A stretch of 64,000 nucleotides of DNA from a virus (Duplodnaviria > Caudoviricetes): the IMG/VR virus record IMGVR_UViG_3300035204_001725, positions 366 through 64,365 of that record; one strand, written 5' to 3'. Below are positions 9,197 to 19,144 of the stretch, piece by piece. The position numbers were made by a program, and so were the translations under genes. Every line of letters starts with the position of its first letter. Position 1 is the stretch's first letter. The notes under the pieces are model-generated. The model was not told the DNA's origin. It saw only the letters and a program-made list of their open reading frames with translations, and did no database searches.

Positions 9197-9927
9197 TCAT
9201 CAGTTATAGACATAAATTTATTTTCTTGTCTAACCCAAAATGTGGCTCTTCTTTATTTAGGAAAATGATGGGGCCCTATATGGACGCGGGAATCGGTCAC
9301 GTATTAAGGTTTGACCCCAAAACCGCTGAGGAAGGAGACTTAACCGAAGAACAGGTCAATTTGGTTAAAGGGGGGATTCTTAATTTATTGCATATTAGTG
9401 CCCCTGAATTAAAACCCGCGATCAACGACGTGGATGATTCTACCGCGGACGAGGACTACGGTAACTGGGACACTTATTATACATTTACGACAATAAGGAA
9501 TCCGTTTACGAGGTTCGTATCATGGTACTTTTTTCTCCAGCCAGATAAAAATTTTAAAACGATAATGCATAAGGGAGAATGGGACGAGAGCACGTCTTTT
9601 CATCACCACTTTAATGATTTTTTAGATTATGGTATTCATAACGATATAGCTCCCCCCACTTACGAGTGGTTTTGCTGCGATAGAGAAACTAAAGAAAAAT
9701 TAGTAACTGACGTTTTTAAGCTAGAAGAGATCAATGAAGTTTTTCCTTCTAGGTTTAAAGAAAAGACCGGAATAGACGTTTTAACTCCCCTTAGAAAGGT
9801 CGCTCCCGCATTAGGAATAAGATACAACGGGAACCCTTATGACTTGTATAACCAAAACTCAATAGACTTAATTAACGAGGTATACAAAAGTGATATAGAA
9901 ACTTTTAACTATGAATTTGGTCAGTAA
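9193..9927 (+). CDS. Sulfotransferase (family 2-like)
   Basis: FIFLSNPKCGSS (PAPS 5'-PSB loop), IRNPFTRFVSWY (3'-PB) and Y..DI..F.Y C-terminus. Confidence 0.85.
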   Translation: MIISYRHKFIFLSNPKCGSSLFRKMMGPYMDAGIGHVLRFDPKTAEEGDLTEEQVNLVKGGILNLLHISAPELKPAINDVDDSTADEDYGNWDTYYTFTTIRNPFTRFVSWYFFLQPDKNFKTIMHKGEWDESTSFHHHFNDFLDYGIHNDIAPPTYEWFCCDRETKEKLVTDVFKLEEINEVFPSRFKEKTGIDVLTPLRKVAPALGIRYNGNPYDLYNQNSIDLINEVYKSDIETFNYEFGQ

Positions 9928-10084
9928 GTTTTCTTTCTATTATTTTGCTTAATTCATGAGCTTCATTATTAATTCTAACTGAATAAGCTCTTATTTCATC
10001 GTCCGAGTCTTTACAGTAGTATAGAGATAATTTCATAATCTTTTCGGCCATCTCAAGCGCCTCTTTTTTAGCGGACTTCTCCAT
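9905..10084 (-). CDS. Hypothetical protein
   Basis: The only ORF filling the gap; helical composition. Start taken at MEKSAKK (10084); the track start at 10129 is also possible. Confidence 0.5.
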   Translation of the reverse strand: MEKSAKKEALEMAEKIMKLSLYYCKDSDDEIRAYSVRINNEAHELSKIIERKLTDQIHS

Positions 10085-10112
10085 GTCTATTTTAGCGGTA
10101 GAGCATAAAAAA

Positions 10113-10142
10113 TTAACAAAATAATTCAAATAGTGGTATAAT
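10113..10142 (+). promoter_or_regulatory. sigma70-like promoter
   Basis: TTAACA-18 nt-TATAAT with an extended -10 TGG, just upstream of ATG 10151. Confidence 0.55.
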
Positions 10143-10150
10143 ATACTGAT

Positions 10151-10510
10151 ATGTTAAAGCTATATTGTCAAAAGTGCGGAGCGCTAAACGCCTACGTTTC
10201 TGAAAAACCCAATTTTTGTCAAAAATGTGGGAAATCTTTTGGCGAAGAATCACAAGCCTCTTTGGAAGACGAAAGCGAAAACATTGAAGAAAAAGAAGAG
10301 CAAGAAACAGACTTTAACTTGCAAAACGGGCTAGATGTAGATATAGATACAGGAAGGACGAACACAGATAAACTAGGGTCTATTTTAGGCACGGCAAAAG
10401 AAGGTCAGGGAATGGAAGGGAAACCTCCCGCGGTCGACGAAAAATATACAATGGAAGATTTTCAAAGAGAAGCGGGGTCAATAAGAGGTGGGAATGGACC
10501 GGAAACCTAA
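10151..10510 (+). CDS. Zinc-ribbon hypothetical protein
   Basis: YCQKCG...PNFCQKCG followed by an acidic region. Confidence 0.7.
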   Translation: MLKLYCQKCGALNAYVSEKPNFCQKCGKSFGEESQASLEDESENIEEKEEQETDFNLQNGLDVDIDTGRTNTDKLGSILGTAKEGQGMEGKPPAVDEKYTMEDFQREAGSIRGGNGPET

Positions 10511-11210
10511 AAAGAAAACGACTAAGAAGAAGATCAAGAAAAGGTACGAGGATTATATAGATGTTATAAACGAAGAAATTGCAAAAAAAAGGTATAAGTG
10601 GAGCTTAACTTCTTTAACTTGGATGGATTACGACGATGTATCTCAGATACTGAGGTTCCATATTTTTAAAAAATGGCACCTATATGATCCCACCAAGAAC
10701 CTAAAGCCTTGGATTAGAACAGTTATAACTAATCAAATTAAAAATTTAATACGAAACAATTATACAAACTTTATTAAACCGTGCAATAGGTGCGAGGCCG
10801 CCAAGGAAGAAACTAAATGCGACATATACGAAACTCAATGCAGCCTGTGTCCTTTATATAAGAACTGGGAAAAAAATAAGAAAAGCGGGCTTGCGGCAAA
10901 AATGCCAGTTTCACTTGAAAATTATAAACAAGAAGTATATCATATATCTAACACGCAAAATATAAATTTAGAAAAAAGCGCTAGTAATTTACATAAAAAA
11001 ATGGAAAAAGTATTAAAGCCTCACGAATGGAAGATTTATGTTTTATTATATATAGATCACTTAAGTGAGCTAGAAGCCGCTAAAGAAATGGGATATAAAA
11101 CCTCAGAAAAAAATAAGTCTCCGGGGTATAAGCAAATTAAAAACGTTAAAAAGAAAATAATTACAAAAGCGAAAGAGCTAGTCAATAGTGGAGAGGTAGA
11201 TATTTGGTAA
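10488..11210 (+). CDS. Phage RNA polymerase sigma factor-like protein with a Cys-cluster insertion
   Basis: Region-2-like DYDDVSQ...YDP...LKPWIRTVITNQIKNLIR and region-4-like LKPHEWKIY.L.Y...LSELEAAKEMGY HTH. Confidence 0.7.
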   Translation: MGMDRKPKKKTTKKKIKKRYEDYIDVINEEIAKKRYKWSLTSLTWMDYDDVSQILRFHIFKKWHLYDPTKNLKPWIRTVITNQIKNLIRNNYTNFIKPCNRCEAAKEETKCDIYETQCSLCPLYKNWEKNKKSGLAAKMPVSLENYKQEVYHISNTQNINLEKSASNLHKKMEKVLKPHEWKIYVLLYIDHLSELEAAKEMGYKTSEKNKSPGYKQIKNVKKKIITKAKELVNSGEVDIW

Positions 11211-12298
11211 TGAACAAAATAGAATTAACAGAAGAACAAAAGGAAAAGGTCCTCAAAGAGTGGGACGATAGAGAAAGTAATCCGCCTTCGCTTTTGGAAT
11301 TGATTAGGATTGCGTATCCAGAAGAGCCTTACTTAGACGGTCGGAGCAAAGAGGGGAAAGCAGTCAAGGCTTTTTTAGCGACGAGGGAAATTAAGCCTCT
11401 CGCTTCTCACCAGTATCAACCGAAGAAGATAGAGCTAACGGAAGATTACAAAGAGTTTATTAATAACAACTTTGGAATGATGTCTGCGGTAGAGATGGCT
11501 AGAGTTTTATTTAAAAAAAACGAACTGACAAACCTTAATCAAGAATCTAGGGCTGTAGATGAATATGTGAAGACGTTAAATCCTGCCGCAGCTTTTCAGC
11601 CGAATAGTCAAATCCCAGAGGAAGAATATAAGCCGCCGAAGACTATGCCAGCAGCAATCGCCAAAATTAATCATTATGTTTTAAATGGTATAGATAAAAA
11701 TAAAATTACCCCTAGGAATAAAAAAGATATCAATTCTTTAATAGGTTATCTTCACACCTACAGATTCCTCCATCAAATGAACACTTATGAAAGTCAAACA
11801 GACAGGGAGCTGTTTGAAAGTAGTTTCGTCCGTTATACGCATGATAAAAATGATTTAACTCAAGAAGAAGTAGATCAGTATATAGTTTTATCAACGGAAG
11901 TTGTTATTGCTTCTAATATCCAAAGAAGAGTCGAGCGTTTGCAACAGCACCTCGATGCGTCCGCAGAAGACACGGACGGTAGGCGTATCGCCATGGCTCT
12001 TGTGGACGCTATCAATACTGCGCAAACGGAATATAATCAATGTGTTAATCGACAACAGAAGCTCCTCGAGAGCTTAAAAGAAAAAAGAAGCGATAAACTT
12101 AAAAAACAAATTAAAGAAAATGCTAGCATTCTTAGTCTTGTGGAAATGTGGAAAGAAGAAGAGACGCGGAAAAAGATGATAGAGTTAGCGGAAAAACGTA
12201 AGGAAATAGTTAAAGATGAAGTTAATAATTTAAGCTCAATGGACGATGTTAAAGCTAGAATATTGGGGCTATCAGAAGGGGAGGTTTTAGATGGTTAG
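11204..12298 (+). CDS. Hypothetical helical protein (possible terminase small subunit)
   Basis: HTH-like segments and a C-terminal coiled coil; lies two genes upstream of TerL. Function inferred from position only. Confidence 0.4.
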   Translation: MVMNKIELTEEQKEKVLKEWDDRESNPPSLLELIRIAYPEEPYLDGRSKEGKAVKAFLATREIKPLASHQYQPKKIELTEDYKEFINNNFGMMSAVEMARVLFKKNELTNLNQESRAVDEYVKTLNPAAAFQPNSQIPEEEYKPPKTMPAAIAKINHYVLNGIDKNKITPRNKKDINSLIGYLHTYRFLHQMNTYESQTDRELFESSFVRYTHDKNDLTQEEVDQYIVLSTEVVIASNIQRRVERLQQHLDASAEDTDGRRIAMALVDAINTAQTEYNQCVNRQQKLLESLKEKRSDKLKKQIKENASILSLVEMWKEEETRKKMIELAEKRKEIVKDEVNNLSSMDDVKARILGLSEGEVLDG

Positions 12299-13241
12299 AT
12301 GTAAAAAATGTAAGGATTGTTTCGAGAACGACGTGGCTTTACATAGACACCTAAAATCTCATAAGATATTAATTGTAGACTATTATCACGCTTATTATCC
12401 TAGGCGCGACTTGCACACTGGCGACTTAATAAAGTTTAAAAACAAAAATCAATATTATTCTGAAGATTTTAATACTAGAACAAGTATGAAGGCGTGGTTC
12501 AAAACCGCCGACGCGGAATCTGCTAAAAATTATTGTCATGATTATTTAAAGAGAAGGGTAACAAAAAAACAAATAAAATACACCCCTTGCGAAGTGGAAG
12601 TACGATCGTTAATGTGTCCGCCTGTGCCGTTTCTACAGCAATCCTTGGGTAGTTATTATCACCACGCGGAGAAAAATTTCGGCTTGATTAACAAATATAC
12701 AAAGTATCCAACTGAGGTACAAGACACTCAAGATGAAGCCAGCGCTTTTAAAAATCGCCTACATAAAATATTCGTTGATACAAGGGAGCAAAAGCCCCTC
12801 AAGTTCGCATTACCAATTGAAGTACAGACCCTAAAGTTCGGAGACTATGCATTTAGTAATTCGTCGATGAGTCTTAATACCTACATAGAGAGGAAGTCAA
12901 TTACGGATTTTATAGGAACCATGAGCGGAGGATTACAAAGGTTTAAGAAGGAGATAGAGAGATCGGAAGAACAAGAGGCTAAATTGGTAGTTTTAGTCGA
13001 AGAGAGTATGACTAGCTGTTTATCATTTAATCACCTGCCCTATGTTTCTAAGAAGATAAAAGCTACGCCTGAATTTATTTTTCATAACGTAAGGGAGCTA
13101 TTACAGTCCCATAAAAATTTACATTTTTTATTTGTTAAGGGCAGGAAAGAAGCCTCTAGGGTAATTGAAAAGCTATTTTTACAAGGAAGGATATATCATA
13201 AGGTTGACTTGCAGCTAGCTTATGACCTTAGAAAATTGTAG
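12291..13241 (+). CDS. C2H2 zinc finger plus ERCC4/XPF-type nuclease domain protein
   Basis: CKKC...LHRHLKSH finger; VDTREQ, GDY and IERKS..D ERCC4 signature. Confidence 0.8.
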   Translation: MVRCKKCKDCFENDVALHRHLKSHKILIVDYYHAYYPRRDLHTGDLIKFKNKNQYYSEDFNTRTSMKAWFKTADAESAKNYCHDYLKRRVTKKQIKYTPCEVEVRSLMCPPVPFLQQSLGSYYHHAEKNFGLINKYTKYPTEVQDTQDEASAFKNRLHKIFVDTREQKPLKFALPIEVQTLKFGDYAFSNSSMSLNTYIERKSITDFIGTMSGGLQRFKKEIERSEEQEAKLVVLVEESMTSCLSFNHLPYVSKKIKATPEFIFHNVRELLQSHKNLHFLFVKGRKEASRVIEKLFLQGRIYHKVDLQLAYDLRKL

Positions 13242-13242
13242 T

Positions 13243-15069
13243 ATGTGGTACTGCCCAGACAAATATAATAAAGATATTCCTAACGTTAATCAAGAGCTCT
13301 TGAAGCTGAAGGGCGATCTTTTAGATAAAGAGGCTAAAATTTCTTTAGCCAAGTTCCTTAAGTCTAACTTGGGGCTAACTACAGAATTAATATCGGATAT
13401 TAAGCTAGCCCCTTTTCAGGAGATTACACTAAAGGGAATGATGAATAGAAACTTCTCCATGTGTGTATGGGGTCGTGGTTGTGGTAAAACTTTTATCGCT
13501 TCAGTCTTCTGCTTCCTTCAGTGTATTTTTGAGCCCGGAACGAAAATTTTAATTGCGGGCCCCACCTTTCGTACAGCGAGATTTATATTTGAAAATTTGG
13601 AAAAGATAGTAGACTCTAAGGGGGCGGAGCTGTTAATGCAAGCTTTCGGAGCAAAGTCAAAACGCAATGATCAATTTAAGTGGGATATTAATGGCGGCAC
13701 GATTACGGCTATTCCGTTAAGCGGTGAAAAAATTCGTGGTTTCCGCGCTAACGTACTCGTGCTCGACGAGTATCTCTTACTCCCGGAAGATTTGATTAAA
13801 ACAGTTTTAATGCCCTTTCTGGTGGCGCCGCAAGACATGAAAGAGCGGATAGAGATAAGAGAAATGGAAGACAAGCTCATCTCTGAGGGTAAAATAGAAG
13901 AGGGGGACAGAATGGTATTTGAAAACGACTCCAAAATGATTGCTTTGTCTTCTGCCTCTTATACGTTTGAAAATTTATATAAACAATATAAAGAATGGAC
14001 AGAAAAAATTTATAGTTCAGAAACGTCTGACGCAAATTATTTTATTTCTCAAATGGGATACGAAGCATTACCAGAGCATATGATTGACACAACTATTATC
14101 GAGGAGGCCCAAAATGGAGGGCAAAGTCATTCTAGCTTTATGCGAGAGTACTGCGCTCAATTTACCGACGGGTCGGATAGCTATTTTAGTGCAAAAAAAA
14201 TGCACCTGTGTACGGTGCCAGACGGAGAATCGCCGACAACAAAAATAATGGGCGATAAAGATAAAAAATATATACTCGGCATTGACCCCAGCTTCTCTAA
14301 TAGTCCGACCTCTGACTTTTTCGCTATGTCTATTTTAGAGCTAGACGAAGAAGCGCAGCAAAGTACGTTAGTTCATAGCTATGCGATTGCGGGCGGGAAC
14401 CTTAAGGACCATATCCGATATATGTATCATGTAGTTAAAAATTTCAATTTAGAAATGATTGTTATTGATAATGCAGGTTATCAATTTATAGATAGCTGTA
14501 ATGAAAATGGCTTATTTAGAAATGATAAAATAGAATTAAAGTTTTTTGACTTTAAAAGCGACTTGGATGGCGCGGATTATGATAAAGAGTTAATTAACGC
14601 GAGAAGAGCATATAACAAAGAAGGGAAAGTCATATGCTTTAAGCAAGTGTTTTCGTCTGACTGGCTACGCAAGGCTAATGAGCACTTACAGGCCGCTATT
14701 GATCATAAAAAGATATGGTTTGCTTCAAAAACGGTAGCTAACCCGACCGCTTTCAATAGGTACTCGAGCCAAAGAGTCACCTTAAAAAACATCCCCGAAC
14801 CGACGGTACTTGAATTTATCGAAAGTCAGGACGCTTTAATATATCAAACAAAAAAGCAATGTACCCTAATTGAAGTTAAAACGACCGCAAGGGGCACACA
14901 AACATTTGACCTTCCTCAGCACCTAAAACGCTCCACAAGCGCGTCTAGGGCTCGCAAAGATAATTATACGACGCTTATGCTATCTAATTGGGCAGCTAAA
15001 TGCTACATTGATATGATGGCAAAACCTGTTGAAGATAATGTTGGCACTTTTGTTCCAAGGATGATATAA
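13243..15069 (+). CDS. terL: Terminase large subunit
   Basis: LAPFQ Q-motif, GRGCGKT Walker A, IRGFRANVLVLDE Walker B, LSSA coupling motif, EYCAQF, and LGIDP...DF RNase H-like nuclease. Start is probably 13243 (track: 13222). Confidence 0.92.
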   Translation: MWYCPDKYNKDIPNVNQELLKLKGDLLDKEAKISLAKFLKSNLGLTTELISDIKLAPFQEITLKGMMNRNFSMCVWGRGCGKTFIASVFCFLQCIFEPGTKILIAGPTFRTARFIFENLEKIVDSKGAELLMQAFGAKSKRNDQFKWDINGGTITAIPLSGEKIRGFRANVLVLDEYLLLPEDLIKTVLMPFLVAPQDMKERIEIREMEDKLISEGKIEEGDRMVFENDSKMIALSSASYTFENLYKQYKEWTEKIYSSETSDANYFISQMGYEALPEHMIDTTIIEEAQNGGQSHSSFMREYCAQFTDGSDSYFSAKKMHLCTVPDGESPTTKIMGDKDKKYILGIDPSFSNSPTSDFFAMSILELDEEAQQSTLVHSYAIAGGNLKDHIRYMYHVVKNFNLEMIVIDNAGYQFIDSCNENGLFRNDKIELKFFDFKSDLDGADYDKELINARRAYNKEGKVICFKQVFSSDWLRKANEHLQAAIDHKKIWFASKTVANPTAFNRYSSQRVTLKNIPEPTVLEFIESQDALIYQTKKQCTLIEVKTTARGTQTFDLPQHLKRSTSASRARKDNYTTLMLSNWAAKCYIDMMAKPVEDNVGTFVPRMI

Positions 15070-15072
15070 TTA

Positions 15073-15083
15073 GTGTAAATATT
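15073..15083 (+). promoter_or_regulatory. Putative phage late promoter (GTGTAAATATT)
   Basis: Recurrent motif upstream of the portal ATG. Confidence 0.55.
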
Positions 15084-15090
15084 TAAAGAG

Positions 15091-17181
15091 ATGAAAAAAG
15101 GTCAAAATAGCCCAAAAGAGACAACCGCTAAGACACCCACCAAAACCCCCGCGAAAAGGACGAGGAGAAAGACGGGAAAAGCGGCCGCTTCCGCCACACC
15201 CCTTATGGAGTCCTCTGCGGCAACGACAGCGACCCGATCAAGACGGAACAGGTCTTCCAGCATAGAACGAACAGATAGGTTTATTAATATTGATATGGGA
15301 ATGATCCCATTTAATTACAGTACGGCTGGATACGGAAATAAGACTTCCAATATTGACGTAAAAGACGCAGTTATTTTATGCCAAAAAGCGTATTATAACT
15401 TTTCTGTATTTAGAAACGCAATCGACATGATGGCCGAGTTTTCTTGTAGTGACATTTATCTTACCGGAGGAAGCAAAAAGTCTAGGGAATTTTTTAATAC
15501 GCTGTTTAGCAAGGTAAATATGTGGAATCTACAAGATAGATTTTTTAGAGAGTATTATCGTAGTGGTAATGTGTTTGTCTATAGGTTTGATTCTAAAATT
15601 AAAAAGTCAGATTTAAATAAAATGACGCGGACCTTCGGTCTGTCCGCTGCAAATCAGAAATATATTATTCCCGCTAGATATGTTATTTTAAATCCTGCTG
15701 ATATACAAGTCGGCGGAAACATCTCTTTTGCGGCAAGTGTTTACTATAAAAGAATCACGGGTTATGAGCTATCTAGACTTAGAAATCCGAGGACGGAAGA
15801 GGATAAAGAAGTTTATAATGCTTTATCTCCAGAGAGCAAGGAGCAAATTAAAACTAATACCGACGTCGTTATTCCACTTAATGAAAATAAAATTAATGCC
15901 GTTTTTTACAAGAAGCAAGATTATGAGCCGCTAGCTGTTCCCATGGGTTATCCAGTGCTAGATGACATCAACTGGAAAGCGGAAATGAAAAAAATGGACA
16001 TGGCTGTTTCTCGTACAATGCAGCAGACCATTCTTCTTGTTACGATGGGAACGGATCCCGAAAAGGGCGGAGTTAATCAACAAAACCTCGCAGCGATGCA
16101 AGAACTTTTCAGAAACGAATCGGTAGGGAGAGTTTTAATAGCAGATTACACCACTAAAGCAAACTTTGTAGTTCCCGAAATCGGGAATATACTTGATCCC
16201 AAAAAATACGAAGTCGTTGACAAAGACATCGCCATGGGATTAAGCGCAATCATCACCGGCGGGACAGAAAAGTTCGCAAACCAATCGATTAAGGTCGAAA
16301 TGTTCGTCGCTAGGCTTAAACAAGCTAGGCAAGCTTTTTTAAATCAGTTTTTACTTCCCGAGATAAAAAGGATAGCAAAAGATTTGGGTTTTAAAAGTTA
16401 CCCCAAAGCTAACTTCCATAAGTTGTCACTCAAGAATGACCCAATCTTGGCTAGGATTTACGCAAGGTTTGTGGAGATGGGAATCATGACTCCCGAAGAG
16501 GGAATGCAAGCAATTGAAAATGGTAGATTACCACTAAATGAAGAATCGATTACTTCTCAAGAGCAATTTAAGAAACTTAAAAGCAAGGGTCTTTACGAGC
16601 CCGTGGTCGGCGGGCCCGTTACCCAAAAAGAAATGGCTGACAAACAACACGAATCATCCATGGAGCTTCAGAAGGAAAGCTTAAAGTCTCAAGAAAAGAT
16701 CAATGATGAAAAAATAAAACAAGTAGAAAAAACTAGCAAACAACAGGCTCAGCAGAAAAAGCCAAACCAGCAAGCTGGTCGTCCCGGAGGAACGAGCTCT
16801 CCACAGACGACGAAGCGAGTGTCGCCAATCGGAGCAAAGTACACGAAAGACGGCAAGCCGTATAACTCATATAACTTCTTGCTTACAAAAGTTAAAGACA
16901 ACTTTATCGAAGCAGACAAGCTCAATAAAAAAGTAGAAGCTTCATTAAGAAGGAAGCACAAAATAAAAGAATTAAGCGAAGATCAAAAAGCTATCGCTTT
17001 TGATATAACCAAGATAATTGTCGCTAACGAAGAACCGGGGAACTGGAGCAAAAAAGCTAAAGACTATATAAAGAATCCGGTGGATACAAATCCAGACAGA
17101 GTAAAAGAAATTCAAGCTGTCGCCGCCGAACATCAGGTAGATGATTACCTCGCTAGCATCTTATATTTAAGTAAAGAATGA
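15091..17181 (+). CDS. Portal protein
   Basis: Directly follows TerL; FRNAID, EYYRSGNVFVY, YVILNP and a C-terminal GRPGG tail are typical of portals. Confidence 0.8.
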   Translation: MKKGQNSPKETTAKTPTKTPAKRTRRKTGKAAASATPLMESSAATTATRSRRNRSSSIERTDRFINIDMGMIPFNYSTAGYGNKTSNIDVKDAVILCQKAYYNFSVFRNAIDMMAEFSCSDIYLTGGSKKSREFFNTLFSKVNMWNLQDRFFREYYRSGNVFVYRFDSKIKKSDLNKMTRTFGLSAANQKYIIPARYVILNPADIQVGGNISFAASVYYKRITGYELSRLRNPRTEEDKEVYNALSPESKEQIKTNTDVVIPLNENKINAVFYKKQDYEPLAVPMGYPVLDDINWKAEMKKMDMAVSRTMQQTILLVTMGTDPEKGGVNQQNLAAMQELFRNESVGRVLIADYTTKANFVVPEIGNILDPKKYEVVDKDIAMGLSAIITGGTEKFANQSIKVEMFVARLKQARQAFLNQFLLPEIKRIAKDLGFKSYPKANFHKLSLKNDPILARIYARFVEMGIMTPEEGMQAIENGRLPLNEESITSQEQFKKLKSKGLYEPVVGGPVTQKEMADKQHESSMELQKESLKSQEKINDEKIKQVEKTSKQQAQQKKPNQQAGRPGGTSSPQTTKRVSPIGAKYTKDGKPYNSYNFLLTKVKDNFIEADKLNKKVEASLRRKHKIKELSEDQKAIAFDITKIIVANEEPGNWSKKAKDYIKNPVDTNPDRVKEIQAVAAEHQVDDYLASILYLSKE

Positions 17182-17182
17182 C

Positions 17183-18847
17183 ATGTCTAGAAATAGAATT
17201 ATCCACAATGTCCAAGACGTATTCGTGGGATCTGCGCCTGACGAAGCGGACGATTTGGTTACAGGTATAGTTAATCACCAAGTTCTAAAAAGATTAACTA
17301 GGGTTCAGAATTTTAATTATTCTATAGATTTACCTCAGCAAGATGCTTTAACTTTAGGAAGGTCAAAGCCTTTTTCTAGAAGAGTTAATGAGCCTCCCGC
17401 GATAAACGTTTCTTTTTCCTATCTTTTGAACGGCGTTGATAACGAAAGAAGAATCGGTTTAAATACGGGCTTAAGTCAGTGTCTCACTCATGACATACTG
17501 ACCTCAAGGACAAAAGATGCAAGGAATATCTATTTAACTGTTAATAGTCAAGAGGAAGACATGCATTCCGGCGCGACGTGGCCGCATGGTAGCGAACTAG
17601 AAAGTTATGAGCACACCGAATCCGAGATCGGTGACTCAAGCGCAACCGGGTATAGCGTTGTTGCTTTTCAAAATTGTTATTTAAATAGCTATAGCTTGGA
17701 TATCTCCCCGGGATCTTTACCAGCCGTTAGCTTAAGCTACGCTGCAGATAATATGAACGCTTACGCATCTGGCAGCGGAATTTACGTTCCTCACCTAGAT
17801 TTAAAAGATGGAAAAGTTACGAATAAAATTACCGATGCTTACATCTCAGATTTCGTTACGGACACAGACAATTGGGACGCGCAGAACGTGGTGACGGATA
17901 TAGTTGACGTTGTAGACGGTGTGCCCAATCCGCTTGAGATACAAGTCGGTGATGACGATGACGAAACGCATTATATAGAAAGAGATACCGCGTTCTTAAC
18001 AATAGGTAAAAAATATAAAATTACAGGATGGGGCCGATTGCACTCATCAGCAAGCTTTGACTCCATCCGTTTCTATGATGGAAATACATCTACCGAGTCT
18101 GTTTATAATATTGGGGACGCAGTTACTCAACAGCTCGGAACTTGGCAATATTTTTCATTAGAGTTTACGGCCCAAACGAATTATATTCAGATATATCTAA
18201 TAATGACTGGCGCGCCCGAGGAAGGGACAAAATGGAGTGGTAATACGACAACCGACGTAGCTTGGCTTAAAGACATCGTGATAAGCGAAATAACGGACGC
18301 TAGGAAGTTTATCATTCCCAAGTCTTTTAAAGATGACCCAAATTACACAAGCGACTTTACAAAAGACTATAGAAGAACTGTAGTTACCGTTTCTAACGCG
18401 GGGGTAAGCGGCGTAACCGGATTTCTTAATGATGAAATAACAGAGTGCTCCGTTGGCTTTTCGATAGCTAGAGACGATATAGCATTTGTGGGTCATAAAC
18501 TAATCTCCGAAAGGAAGCCTAAGATTCCCATGATGTCCGACCTTTCCTTCGGAATCATGGCAAAAGAAAATATAACTGGATCGTTCTTAGGTAACATGAA
18601 AGAAAACGAAAATTATAATGTTACTATAGACCTAAAAGATAAAGATGATTCTACACTTAGTAAGTATATTTTTTCTGGAGCCAAGTTCGAAGGGATAAGC
18701 TATGACTCTAGCATCGGCTCGAATAAAACGGCCTCTTTGAAATTTTCTAATTATATGGATTTAGAAAATCCAACAGAGGGGGTTTTTGTATCGGGGAAAA
18801 TAACCTCCGCGATTTCTGGCTCAAGTACTATATACCCCCAGTTTTAA
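17183..18847 (+). CDS. Tail tube protein paralogue with an inserted beta-sandwich domain
   Basis: Both termini align by eye with ORF 57897 (RNRIIHNVQDVFVG / KNRVIYQSQAVYAG; RVQNFNYSID / RVQSANYGFD; SSIGSNKT / QSIGDNQT). Confidence 0.65.
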   Translation: MSRNRIIHNVQDVFVGSAPDEADDLVTGIVNHQVLKRLTRVQNFNYSIDLPQQDALTLGRSKPFSRRVNEPPAINVSFSYLLNGVDNERRIGLNTGLSQCLTHDILTSRTKDARNIYLTVNSQEEDMHSGATWPHGSELESYEHTESEIGDSSATGYSVVAFQNCYLNSYSLDISPGSLPAVSLSYAADNMNAYASGSGIYVPHLDLKDGKVTNKITDAYISDFVTDTDNWDAQNVVTDIVDVVDGVPNPLEIQVGDDDDETHYIERDTAFLTIGKKYKITGWGRLHSSASFDSIRFYDGNTSTESVYNIGDAVTQQLGTWQYFSLEFTAQTNYIQIYLIMTGAPEEGTKWSGNTTTDVAWLKDIVISEITDARKFIIPKSFKDDPNYTSDFTKDYRRTVVTVSNAGVSGVTGFLNDEITECSVGFSIARDDIAFVGHKLISERKPKIPMMSDLSFGIMAKENITGSFLGNMKENENYNVTIDLKDKDDSTLSKYIFSGAKFEGISYDSSIGSNKTASLKFSNYMDLENPTEGVFVSGKITSAISGSSTIYPQF

Positions 18848-18848
18848 T

Positions 18849-19115
18849 ATGAAAAAGGATAAACCAAAAATGGATTTAGGTGAAGCATTTAATATGCTAG
18901 CGCAGTTAGCGAGAGCTAACAAGATGACTTATGCCGAGCATGAAAGAGCTACGGTTGCAATAGAAACAGTCCTAGCCGCTTTAAATAGAGACCCGGTAAT
19001 TAGAGAGACTAGACACTTGGACGCGCAAGAAAACAAGCAAAAAAAAGAAGAGAAAAAGGAAGAAAAGACCAGAATATTAAAAAAGTCCCCTTTTAATAAA
19101 ACGACAGCACAGTAG
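18849..19115 (+). CDS. Hypothetical protein
   Basis: Tightly packed ORF in the operon. Confidence 0.6.
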   Translation: MKKDKPKMDLGEAFNMLAQLARANKMTYAEHERATVAIETVLAALNRDPVIRETRHLDAQENKQKKEEKKEEKTRILKKSPFNKTTAQ

Positions 19116-19129
19116 AAAGCGCTTATAAA

Positions 19130-19140
19130 GTGTAATTATA
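19130..19140 (+). promoter_or_regulatory. Putative phage late promoter (GTGTAATTATA)
   Basis: Recurrent motif 4 nt before the GTG start at 19145. Confidence 0.55.
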
Positions 19141-19144
19141 CTAC

